DNA of 64,000 bases from contig OZ024740.1 in assembly GCA_964016885.1 (NCBI GenBank), positions 415,152,001-415,216,000 on the forward strand. The letters are read 5' to 3'. The notes beneath the pieces were generated by a model that saw nothing but the letters and a program-made list of their open reading frames with translations, had not been told where the DNA came from and did no database searches. The position numbers and the translations under genes were made by a program. Of this stretch, positions 15,081-27,600 are shown one piece after another. Source of the stretch: Eledone cirrhosa (lineage: Eukaryota). Every line of letters starts with the position of its first letter. The stretch's first letter is position 1.

Positions 15081-16500
15081 CTACTTAGTACACTGTGCAT
15101 ATGAGTGGTGTTACACTGAAGTCGGACGTGCGAACCATTCTCCGCCAGGTGCAGGTGATCCCTAGAGAGGATGTCCTCATCCTCAGGTCACTGATCCTCC
15201 CGCCTATCACCCGCTCCACTATCAGGTCTTGGCTCCAGCAGCTCACGACCCTCATGAGTAGACTGGACATGGTTGATGTTCATCCAGCTCTCTTCCCGTT
15301 GAGGATCTGCTTCGCTATGCTGAAGCTCCTCTACACATTTCGTAGCGCTCCTTGCTACAGCCACGCATCTTTCCTCACTGATCTCGATACTTGTATCCTA
15401 TTGGCAACTGAGGGGATATGCAACGTCAGATTCGACGTGGTTTGATGGCAATAGGCCACCTTAAAGGTTAGATATGGCGGTCTATGTCTCGGGTCCCCGG
15501 TCTCGCAGGCTTTGCGAGATATCGTCAGTATCCTTTTGCCGTGTCCTCATCAATAGGGTTCTCCACCATACAACCGAACCCACCGTTCTGCCAGACTTGG
15601 AACCGCTTGTACTCTACCTGTCCTTCCTCCTCTTCCCCCTGTAGAGGCCAAATTCCCCCAGAGCATATGGGATGCCATCCAGTGCGACATGGCCTCAGAC
15701 AGGCTAGCGCGCCAGCTCGACCAGCACCGTCTCGCATGCTTTCGCTCGGCTTCGCAACCCCACAGTGGTGCCTGCCTCAATACCTTACCCTCCTTTTCAA
15801 CTGGCACGTAGCTGGATAATGATAGCCTGCAAATCGGGTTTTCTCTGAGGCCCGGCGTCCGGATCTGTAAGCCACACAGGTGTCGCTGCGGATCTACCGT
15901 AGACTCTTTCGGCCTCCACCCGCATCCCGTCGCTTAATGCCGGCCGCCTTCCATGCCATGATGCTCCCAACGAGATCATAAAGTATGGCTTGGATGCTGT
16001 AAGCTTCTCCTCCCAGTTCGAGCCAGTGAAGCTGAACCGATGGGACGACAAAAGTCAGACGGCATGACCATCATGCAGTTCCGAGGTGGTAAAACCCTCA
16101 CCTAGGATGCCACATGCATCGACACATTCTCCAGCGGCAACCTGGTGCAGTCTGCGACTAACCCAGGCTCTGCTGCCCTTCGGGCTGAGGAGGGTAAACT
16201 CTCCAAATATCGGTCGCTCTCCGACAGGCTTGCAGTCGAGCCCGTAGCAATGGAGACTTCTGGTGTCCTTCGCCCTAGGATCACCTCCCTACTCACCACC
16301 ACCGGCACAGAGTTGGCTACCCAGCAGGTATAAGCCTCACCAGCTGGAATGGCTCTTCCAGCGCGTCTTCTTCACCATCCTCCGGGGAAACGCCTTCTCT
16401 ATTGTGTCCGCCGGGACCGTTGTGCGGCCAAAGCATGGGCCCCTCATAATAGTGAGAGATAGGGGAGAGCGGGAGACAGGGAAGGAGTGTCAGTGAGAGT
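15081..16500 (+). mobile_element. 5'-truncated, frameshifted CRE-clade non-LTR retrotransposon (RT C-terminus, zinc knuckle, restriction-like endonuclease)
   Basis: Across frames: HPALFPLRICFAMLKLLYTFRSAPCY, WQ*ATLKVRYGGL, LDNDSLQIGFSLR, ICKPHRC, DGMTIMQFRGGKTLT*DATCIDT, AALRAEEGKLSKY..L...VEPVAMETSG, EWLFQRVFFTILRGNA. These match CRE-type motifs (RPDG..T..PW..GK.L.WD.T; K..KY; P.A.ET.G; QR.S.AIQRGNA). Several stops and frameshifts. Confidence 0.85.
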
Positions 16501-17254
16501 TTGGTTCCATTGTGTTCGGACCTGGTGTATATATTTATTTACCACACCAAATTAATACCATTTCACATGTCGATTCTGACAACATTTGACGGTTTTACAG
16601 AGGTTTTTCTACTTTGCACCAAAATATTTTGTGGTTCTAAAGAAAAATCTTTGTATTTGTGATTTCTTCTTCTTCTACTTCTTCTTGCTGCTCCGGATTC
16701 TACCGCTGTTACTGGTCATATCTCTTTTATGTGCACAGATATGGTCGTGTGTTTAAGAAGTTTACTTATTAACCCCACATCACCAAAAGTCATGCAGGTG
16801 AAAATTAGTCGACTGTATGAATGTCCGTCTGAAGGACCTATAACGGAATACTCTTATGTTTTACCGGCGAAGATTCGAAACCGAATCTGAGGTTTCTCGC
16901 CTCTGGGACCATCTATCGTTAGAGGTTCCCACCAGTGTCTTGTCAAAAGACAACGATGATTAACGTAAATACCACCTGACCTATGACCCCCAGCTTGTAG
17001 ACAGGGGAAACACAGATGGCTGCCCGTAAATCAACACATATACACATCCTTCTAGCTATAAGGTTATTATAAATACAAGGAGTTAGGAAACCCAACATAG
17101 ACCCGAAGCAGCAGTCAGTGAGAGATAACCATATAGGCATCAGCAGACCTTTTACCCTTTCTCTCTCCTGGCCCTTACTGGTTCTCGCCTTATCGGCCAC
17201 AGACACTGCCAGACACGAAGCAGCAGTCCTTGAGACAAATAATGTATACTAAGA

Positions 17255-17255
<1 letters not shown>

Positions 17256-17339
<84 letters not shown>
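17256..17339. repeat. (CA)n microsatellite
   Basis: Pure CA run. Confidence 0.99.
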
Positions 17340-17342
<3 letters not shown>

Positions 17343-18183
17343 TAAGTTCATATTGTTTACATTCTACGCTCATTCTAGTCTTCCATCTCACTGTAATATT
17401 GTAACGTCGTATTGATACATACATTCACGCTAGCTCGTAGTAGCTAGCCAATGTAGCGATAAATTCTGTCACATATTGTTATTGTAAAATAAACATTGTT
17501 AACATCACAATCATGGCTTTATTCTTTTCATCAAACACCCATCAAACATCTTATCCGCTACAGACCGTTCTTGTTCTTGGGTGGCAGACTTAATACATCT
17601 ACCTGGTCCTTGAGTGTCTTTAGCAGAGTCCACTCTGTTGATCACCGAGCTGGGGATAACGTCTTCCTTTCCTCCCACCAGTCATAATGTGTGGTTCTGA
17701 AAAATATCATGGATGCTGACCTTCCTCTTTTGACTAAGCCATTAAAAACAACAATTACACAAGTAACAACAATATACACAAGAGGATTATTTGTTCAACT
17801 TTAGGTTAACTAAACATTAACTCTTTAGATATAACTTTGGCTTAATGTCAAATTGACATATGATAACCAGTTATTCTTCTATTATAATTCCATTCATATC
17901 TAGAATGTTTTGTGAAAATATACTAGACTTTAATGTAAACCTTCTGTCCACCTCACAGTTTTAATTTCCAAGTTACCATATCTCTATAGAGGCGTTATAC
18001 TTAATCATAGAATAGACTATGGAAAGAAAGGTGTTAAGTTACATGTTTCCATTAGTCAATTATTAGTTGTAAAGATTATGTTTTAGGATTTTAAGCATAC
18101 GATTAAAGAATAGATTTTTTTAATATCCGTTTACTGCGTCCCTTAAAATAACAGTCATTATGTTATGTGTCACGTTATTTCCC

Positions 18184-18369
18184 AATAATTGTTTCTACTT
18201 TTGGCACAAAGCCAACAATTACCCAGTACATTACTGGCACTTCATTTTATTGACCCCGTAAGGATGAAAGGCAAAGTTAACCTCGGCGAGATTTGAACTC
18301 AGATCGTAAAGGGCCGTAACTCCATGCTGTAAAGTATGGCGTCCGACCCTCTACCGATACTGCCAATCC
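18184..18369 (-). mobile_element. tRNA-derived SINE
   Basis: Minus strand reads GGATTGGCAGTATCGGTAGAG (A-box-like), GAGTTCAAATCTCGCC (B box), TTTGCCTTTCATCCTTACGGGGTCAATAAAAT, then tail GTGCCAAAAGTAGAAACAATTATT. About ten copies in the window. Confidence 0.88.
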
Positions 18370-19124
18370 GACCCTCCTATTATTTTCCAATAATATTCAC
18401 GATTTATTATCAGTGAACTCAGCAAAATTTGGCTAAATTACATTTCATAAAGTAATATATTGTAAAAAATACGAGTGTCTTTTGTGGTTATGAAAACGGA
18501 AAAGGAAGGGAAAGACAAGGGCTGTAGGGTCACAGAAGAATGGAGAGGGTGAGGGATGAACGGCTCTGGGCCTAGGGCGCAGCGGTATTTTGTCCACGGA
18601 ATTAAAATCTTTAGTTTATCTCTCCGTTTCTTAGGACATGACCCTTTCGTCTTCAATTTATTTGTTATCAATGTGCTTATATCTCTGCATGTGGGGAGTC
18701 CACCAGTAGGCTTTTGTTTGAATTTACTGCAAGTTGCTAATTTTTTTCTTCGTATATATGTTTTGTATAACGAGATCGTTGCTTTACTTGTAGTTTTCTG
18801 AACGACATCATGAGCACATATAAGGACTATAGTAGTTTTTATTGTATTTTATTCAGATGTAATGTGTAAGTGATGTAGTGTTGTACTTTTCAAGAACGTC
18901 TTGAAATGCATCCACTTAAAAAGTATGTAGATAAATAAGGCGAGCCTTATTAGAAGAGTGGATGAGTGAGTATCTGACTGATAAAATAACTAGTCTACTG
19001 CTAGAAGGCAATAGACTAGTTGAAAGGTCGCTGTACAGAGAGAAAAGGAAGGATTAATGATAGATATACAGTTATTAACGACAGCAACAGTTGACTGATA
19101 AAATGACAAGTCAGTAAATCATAT

Positions 19125-19430
19125 TGGTGGCCTCCCCACAGCCCCGGCAGACAGAATGGAGAAGGCGTTTCCCCGGAGGACGGCAAGGGAGACGCGCTGG
19201 AAAAGCCATTCAGCTCGCGAGGCTCACACCTGCGGCTGGCCAGCTCAGCGCCTATGGTGGTGAGTAGGGAGGTAGCCCTAGGGCCGAGGACACCAGAATT
19301 CTCCACTGCCAAGGGTACAACCGCAAACCTGTCGGAGAGCGACCGGTATTTGAAGAGTTTCGCTTCCTCAGCTCGACGTACAGCAGAACCTGGGTTAGTC
19401 ACAGACTGCACCAGGTTGCGGCTGGAGAGT
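19125..19430 (-). mobile_element. Second CRE-clade fragment (endonuclease C-terminus only), inverted relative to the first
   Basis: QSVTNPGSAVRRAEEAKLFKYRSLSDRFAVVPLAVENSGVLGPRATSLLTTIGAELASRR aligns with the 16145-16333 translation. Confidence 0.85.
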
Positions 19431-19914
19431 AAGTTAAAACGAGGCTGTGAATGGTGTAGTCTAACTCTCTGGAATGGGTAGGAATGGGTAGGAAGGCAAA
19501 TTGTCGTTTGAAAGGATCGAGCTTCATTTGCTGTATACCAGGCAAGCTTCTAATGATAATAAATTTTGCTGCATAGAATGAGAATTGGTATCGATATTCT
19601 TATGTTTATGTCAGGGCACCGTCTTCCAAATGTCTTAATATAGAGGAGATGATTACTTTAGACAAGCTTTTTAGAATAGTGACGGCCTTAAGACAGAAAC
19701 CTGTGGTGTCCCAATGTTATCGGAATTACTTGATTTGTGACCATTCAACACCTGCAGTTCTCTATCAGACACTTATCTTTGCCAATTCACGAGAAAGATT
19801 CTAAACATTGCATAAACCATAAAATGAACTTCTATGTAATCATTACGATTGCTAGAAATAGCAACCAAATTTCCTTCAAATTACACTCTATCTTTAAAAG
19901 GGAAGATTACATTA

Positions 19915-20258
19915 AATAATTGTTTCTACTTTTGGCACAAGGCAATTATCCCAGTGCATTACTGGTACTTTATTTTATCGACCCCGTAAGGATGAAAGGC
20001 AAAGTTAACCTCGGCGGGATTTGAACTCTGAATGGCAAGGGCCGTAACTCTATGCGTCAAAGCATAGCGTCCGACCCTCTACCGATAATTGTTTCTACTT
20101 TTGGCACAAGGCCAGCAATTACCCAGTGCCTCACTGGTACTTTATTTTATCGACCCCGTAAGGATGAAAGGCAAAGTTAACCTCGGCGGGATTTGAACTC
20201 AGATCATACAGGGAGGTAACTCTATGCTTCAAAGCATGGCATCCGATCCTCTCCGATA
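19915..20258 (-). mobile_element. Two head-to-tail tRNA-SINE copies, apparently nested in another dispersed repeat
   Basis: Two consecutive copies (19915-20085 and 20086-20258) of the same SINE. The upstream flank GCTAGAAATAGCA recurs at ~20428, indicating a second repeat family. Confidence 0.82.
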
Positions 20259-20735
20259 ATGCAGTCTTAGAATCCTCTAAAAAGATGGAGTGATCATGAT
20301 TAGAACACCGTTGGTCATAAATATGCTCGGTCAGGATTAACCTGGAGCTAGACTACAATAATTTAGCACTAAATACCTATAGAATATTCAATCTTGCAAA
20401 ACTGCTGTAGTTTTGATCATTCGACCTGCTAGAAATAGCAGCTGAATTTGCTTCGAATGACACGTTGTCTTAGAATGACAGATGACATGTGTATCTAGGA
20501 TCCCAGTGCCTTTTATCAGAGTCGACGTGAAGCTAAAGGTCAACAACAAAAATTACTCGACCACTCTGTGATGCGCTGAGCTGATGTGTTGAGACTGCAA
20601 ACCTTTTGGTTGGGCGTTTAGTGACTGTTAGGGTAGTCAATTCTGTTAGTTGTCATATATTGGATATTTTGTTAGTTAAAAATAACTAGTCTTTGTTAGT
20701 TAAAAATAACTAGTCTTTCCAACGAGCGCCTACAG

Positions 20736-20775
20736 CAGAGGTTCTCAAATTGAGCGTTACCGCCTCCGCCCTGGG
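20736..20775 (+). mobile_element. Possible orphan hAT/Charlie-like TIR end
   Basis: CAGAGGTTCTCAAA preceded by GCCTACAG (TA at positions 4-5, Charlie-like target). No partner TIR found. Confidence 0.35.
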
Positions 20776-21461
20776 GTCGATTTAATCGACTTTCGCCTCC
20801 CCTTCAAATTGCTGGCCTTGTGCCATTAGATTTAGATTGCAGTGAATTGGTTGTATCTGTAGAGCGTCGGACAAGATTATTTGCGGTACTTAGTTACGAA
20901 TTCCTACATTCTGTGTTCAAATTCTGCTGATGTCACCATTGCCTTTCATCCTCCTGGGGTCGATAAAATAAAGTACCAGTAAAATACAGGATCGATGTAG
21001 TCGACTTCCCTATCCCCTAAATTGCTAGCTTTGTGCCTAAATCAGAAATCATTATTAGTGGGATTGGTAGATTGGCAGTATCGGTAGAGAGTCGGACGCC
21101 ATGCTTTCTAGCATAGTTACGTCTCTTTACGGTCTGAGTTCAAATCCCGCCGAGGTTAACTTTGCTTTTCATCCTTACTGGGTCGATGAAATAAAGTACC
21201 AGTAATGCACTAGGGTAATTGCTTGCCTTGTGCCAAAAGTAGAAACAATTATTAGTGGATTGGCAGTATCGATAGAGCGTTGGGTAAAATGCGTTGTGGC
21301 ATCGAGTCGCAACCCTTTACGTTCTGAGTTCAAATCCCGCCGAGGTTAGTTTTGCCTTTCTTCCTTACGGTGTCGATAAAATAAGTACCAGTAATGCACT
21401 GGATCGATATAGTCCTATCCCCTAAATTACTAGCTTTGTGTCTCAATCAGAAACCATTATT
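20770..21461 (+). mobile_element. Cluster of head-to-tail tRNA SINEs (a 3' fragment plus three copies)
   Basis: Repeated TGGCAGTATCG..AGAG / GTTCAAATCCCGCCGAGG / GCCTTTCATCC..GGGTCGATAAAATAAAGTACCAG / AGAAA(C/T)CA(A)TTATT modules. Confidence 0.85.
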
Positions 21462-21696
21462 AAAACAATTAATTACTATAAGATAGATCGCCGGAAATAA
21501 ATTATAAGCTAAAGGTTTACCTTTCTATTTTACTCCAACACTACACCAGAATAGAAGTTGTAAACTCTTTATCGATCGTTTCAGGGTTAATGTTTAATAC
21601 TTAATTCCTCATGTCACCTTTATATTTCCTCTGTGTTGTAGAAACTTGTGTTGGGAAAATATATCTTAACTTTTCATCTTGGTTATTGTTGTAGAC

Positions 21697-24600
21697 CAGT
21701 GGTTCTCAACCCATTTTGCCAATGACACACCTTGGAACACATGAAAAAATAGCGGCACACCTGGCTAAATATATATGAAAAATATTTGAATTTTACAAAA
21801 TAAAAACATGGCAAGTCATAGACGGCATACAACCGTAGACACAAACTAGTCATAGACGCCATACAACCGTAGACACAAACTAGTCATAGACGCCATACAA
21901 CCGTAGACACAAACTAGTCATAGACGCCATACAACCGTAGACACAAACTAGTCATAGACGCCATACAACCGTAGACACAAACTAGTCATAGACGCCATAC
22001 AACCGTAGACACAAACTAGTCATAGACGGCATACAACCGTAGACACAAACTAGTCATAGACGCCATACAACCGTAGACACAGACTAGTCATAGACGCCAT
22101 ACAACTGTTGACACAGACTAGTCATAGACGCCATACAACCGTAGACACAAACTAGTCATAGACGGCATACAACTGTAGACACAGACTAGTCATAGACGCC
22201 ATACAACTGTAGACACAGACTAGTCATAGACGGCATACAACTGTAGACACAGACTAGACATAGACGCCATACAACCGTAGACACAGACTAGGCATAGACG
22301 GCATACAACCGTAGACACAAACTAGTCATAGACGCCATACAACTGTAGACACAGACTAGTCATAGACGGCATACAACTGTAGACACAGACTAGTCATAGA
22401 CGCCATACAACCGTAGACACAAACTAGTCATAGACGCCATACAACTGTAGACACAGACTAGTCATAGACGCCATACAACCGTAGACACAAACTAGTCATA
22501 GACGGCATACAACCGTAGACACAAACTAGTCATAGACGGCATACAACTGTAGACACAGACTAGTCATAGACGCCATACAACCGTAGACACAGACTAGTCA
22601 TAGACGCCATACAACCGTAGACACAAACTAGTCATAGACGCCATACAACTGTAGACACAGACTAGTCATAGACGCCATACAACCGTAGACACAGACTAGT
22701 CATAGACGCCATACAACTGTAGACACAGACTAGTCATAGACGGCATACAACTGTAGACACAGACTAGTCATAGACGCCATACAACTGTAGACACAAACTA
22801 GTCATAGACGGCATGCAACTGTAGACACAGACTAGTCATAGACGCCATACAACCGTAGACACAAACTAGTCATAGACGGCATGCAACTGTAGACACAGAC
22901 TAGTCATAGACGCCATACAACTGTAGACACAGACTAGTCATAGACGGCATACAACTGTAGACACAGACTAATCATAGACGCCATACAACCGTAGACACAG
23001 ACTAGTCATAGACGCCATACAACTGTAGACACAGACTAGTCATAGACGCCATACAACCGTAGACACAAACTAGTCATAGACGCCATACAACCGTAGACAC
23101 AGACTAGTCATAGACGCCATACAACTGTAGACACAGACTAGTCATAGACGCCATACAACCGTAGACAGAAACTAGTCATAGACGGCATACAACTGTAGAC
23201 ACAAACTAGTCATAGACGCCATACAACCGTAGACACAGACTAGTCATAGACGCCATACAACTGTAGACACAGACTAGTCATAGACGCCATACAACCGTAG
23301 ACATAGACTAGTCATAGACGGCATACAACTGTAGACACAAACTAGTCATAGACGGCATACAACTGTAGACACAAACTAGTCATAGACGGCATACAACTGT
23401 AGACACAGACTAGTCATAGACGCCATACAACTGTAGACACAGACTAGTCATAGACGCCATACAACTGTAGACACAAACTAGTCATAGACGGCATACAACT
23501 GTAGACACAAACTAGTCATAGACGGCATACAACTGTAGACACAGACTAGTCATAGACGGCATACAACCGTAGACACAAACTAGTCATAGACGCCATACAA
23601 CCGTAGACACAAACTAGTCATAGACGCCATACAACCGTAGACACAAACTAGTCATAGACGCCATACAACCGTAGACACAAACTAGTCATAGACGCCATAC
23701 AACCGTAGACACAAACTAGTCATAGACGCCATACAGCCGTAGACACAAACTAGTCATAGACGCCATACAACCGTAGACACAAACTAGTCATAGACGGCAT
23801 ACAACCGTAGACACAAACTAGTCATAGACGCCATACAACCGTAGACACAGATTAGTCATAGACGCCATACAACTGTAGACACAGACTAGTCATAGACGCC
23901 ATACAACCGTAGACACAAACTAGTCATAGACGGCATACAACTGTAGACACAGACTAGTCATAGACGCCATACAACTGTAGACACAGACTAGTCATAGACG
24001 GCATACAACTGTAGACACAGACTAGTCATAGACGCCATACAACCGTAGACACAGACTAGTCATAGACGCCATACAACCGTAGACACAAACTAGTCATAGA
24101 CGCCATACAACTGTAGACACAGACTAGTCATAGACGCCATACAACTGTAGACACAGACTAGTCATAGACGGCATACAACTGTAGACACAGACTAGTCATA
24201 GACGCCATACAACCGTAGACACAAACTAGTCATAGACGCCATACAACTGTAGACACAGACTAGTCATAAACGCCATACAACCGTAGACACAAACTAGTCA
24301 TAGACGGCATACAACTGTAGACACAGACTAGTCATAAACGCCATACAACTGTAGACACAGACTAGTCATAGACGGCATACAACTGTAGACACAGACTAGT
24401 CATAGACGCCATACAACCGTAGACACAAACTAGTCATAGACGCCATACAACTGTAGACACAGACTAGTCATAGACGCCATACAACCGTAGACACAAACTA
24501 GTCATAGACGGCATACAACTGTAGACACAAACTAGTCATAGACGCCATACAACCGTAGACACAAACTAGTCATAGACGGCATACAACTGTAGACACAGAC

Positions 24601-27600
24601 TAGTCATAGACGGCATACAACCGTAGACACAGACTAGTCATAGACGCCATACAACCGTAGACACAGACTAGTCATAGACGGCATACAACCGTAGAAACAG
24701 ACTAGTCATAGACGCCATACAACCGTAGACACAGACTAGTCATAGACGCCATACAACCGTAGACACAGACTAGTCATAGACGCCATACAACTGTAGACAC
24801 AGACTAGTCATAGATGCCATACAACCGTAGACACAGACTAGTCATAGACGCCATACAACCGTAGACACAAACTAGTCATAGACGCCATACAACCGTAGAC
24901 ACAGACTAGTCATAGACGCCATACAACTGTAGACACAGACTAGTCATAGACGCCATACAACCGCAGACACAAACTAGTCATAGACGCCATACAGCTGTAG
25001 ACACAGACTAGTCATAGACGGCATACAACAGTAGACACAAACTAGTCATAGACGGCATACAACCGTAGACACAGACTAGTCATAGACGCCATACAACCGT
25101 AGACACAGACTAGTCATAGACGGCATACAACTGTAGACACAGACTAGTCATAGACGGCATACAACCGTAGACACAGACTAGTCATAGACGGCATACAACT
25201 GTAGACACAGACTAGACATAGACGGCATACAACCGTAGAAACAGACTAGTCATAGACGCCATACAACCGTAGACACAAACTAGTCATAGACGCCATACAA
25301 CTGTAGACACAAACTAGTCATAGACGCCATATAACTGTAGACACAGACTAGTCATAGACGGCATACAACTGTAGACACAAACTAGTCATAGACGGCATAC
25401 AACTGTAGACACAGACTAGTCATAGACGGCATACAACTGTAGACACAGACTAGACATAGACGGCATACAACTGTAGACACAGACTAGTCATAGACGCCAT
25501 ACAACTGTAGACACAGACTAGTTATAGACGCCATACAACTGCAGACACAGACTAGTCATAGACGGCATACAACTGTAGTCACAGACTAGTCATAGACGGC
25601 ATACAACTGTAGACACAGACTAGTCATAGACGCCATACAACTGTAGACATAGACTAGTCATAGACGCCATACAACTGTAGACACAGACTAGTCATAGACG
25701 GCATACAACTGTAGACACAGACTAGTCATAGACGCCATACAACTGTAGACACAGACTAGTCATAGACGCCATAGAATTGTAGACACAGACTAGTCATAGA
25801 CGGCATACAACCGTAGACACAGACTAGTCATAGACGGCATACAACTGTAGACACAGACTAGTCATAGACGCCATACAACTGTAGACACAGACTAGTCATA
25901 GACGCCATACAACTGTAGACACAGACTAGTCATAGACGGCATACAACTGTAGACACAGACTAGTCATAGACGGCATACAACCGTAGACACAGACTAGTCA
26001 TAGACGCCATACAACTGTAGACACAGACTAGTCATAGACGGCATGCAACCGTAGACACAAACTAGTCATAGACGGCATACAACCGTAGACACAAACTAGT
26101 CATAGACGGCATACAACTGTAGACACAGACTAGTCATAGACGGCATACAACCGTAGACACAAACTAGTCATAGACGCCATACAACCGTAGACACAAACTA
26201 GTCATAGACGGCATACAACTGTAGACACAGACTAGTCATAGACGGCATACAACCGTAGACACAAACTAGTCATAGACGCCATACAACCGTAGACACAAAC
26301 TAGTCATAGACGGCATACAACTGTAGACACAGACTAGTCATAGACGCCATAAAACCGTAGACACAAACTAGTCATAGACGCCATACAACCGTAGACACAG
26401 ACTAGTCATAGACGCCATACAACCGTAGACACAAACTAGTCATAGACGGCATACAACTGTAGACACAGACTAGTCATAGACGCCATACAACTGTAGACAC
26501 AGACTAGTCATAGACGGCATACAACTGTAGACACAGACTAATCATAGACGCCATACAACCGTAGACACAGACTAGTCATAGACGCCATACAACTGTAGAC
26601 ACAGACTAGTCATAGACGCCATACAACCGTAGACACAAACTAGTCATAGACGCCATACAACCGTAGACACAGACTAGTCATAGACGCCATACAACTGTAG
26701 ACACAGACTAGTCATAGACGCCATACAACCGTAGACATAGACTAGTCATAGACGGCATACAACTGTAGACACAAACTAGTCATAGACGGCATACAACTGT
26801 AGACACAAACTAGTCATAGACGGCATACAACTGTAGACACAGACTATTCATAGACGCCATACAACTGTAGACACAGACTAGTCATAGACGCCATACAACT
26901 GTAGACACAAACTAGTCATAGACGGCATACAACTGTAGACACAAACTAGTCATAGACGGCATACAACCGTAGACACAGACTAGTCATAGACGCCATAACA
27001 ACCGTAGACACAGACTAGTCATAGACGCCATACAACTGTAGACACAAACTAGTCATAGACGCCATACAACCGTAGACACAAACTAGTCATAGACGGCATA
27101 CAACTGTAGACACAGACTAGTCATAGACGGCATACAACCGTAGACACAGACTAGTCATAGACGCCATACAACCGTAGACACAGACTAGTCATAGACGCCA
27201 TACAACCGTAGACACAGACTAGTCATAGACGCCATACAACTGTAGACACAGACTAGTCATAGACGCCATACAACCGTAGACACAGACTAGTCATAGACGC
27301 CATACAACCGTAGACACAAACTAGTCATAGACGCCATACAACCGTAGACACAGACTAGTCATAGACGCCATACAACTGTACACACAGACTAGTCATAGAC
27401 GCCATACAACCGTAGACACAAACTAGTCATAGACGCCATACAACTGTAGACACAGACTAGTCATAGACGGCATACAACCGTAGACACAAACTAGTCATAG
27501 ACGGCATACAACCGTAGACACAGACTAGTCATAGACGCCATACAACCGTAGACACAAACTAGTCATAGACGCCATACAACTGTAGACACAAACTAGTCAT

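Noticed and set aside
17510-17720. Possible host exon on the minus strand (TTTTCAG...CAG/GTAGAT, AATAAA)
   Set aside because: All three frames I translated hit stops and show no recognisable protein.
19350-19372. CTGAGGA-AGC-GAAAC on the minus strand resembling a hammerhead core
   Set aside because: No room for stem II; it is CRE coding sequence (AEEAKL).
20668-20718. 24-bp tandem duplication TTTGTTAGTTAAAAATAACTAGTC
   Set aside because: Simple local slippage with no further structure.
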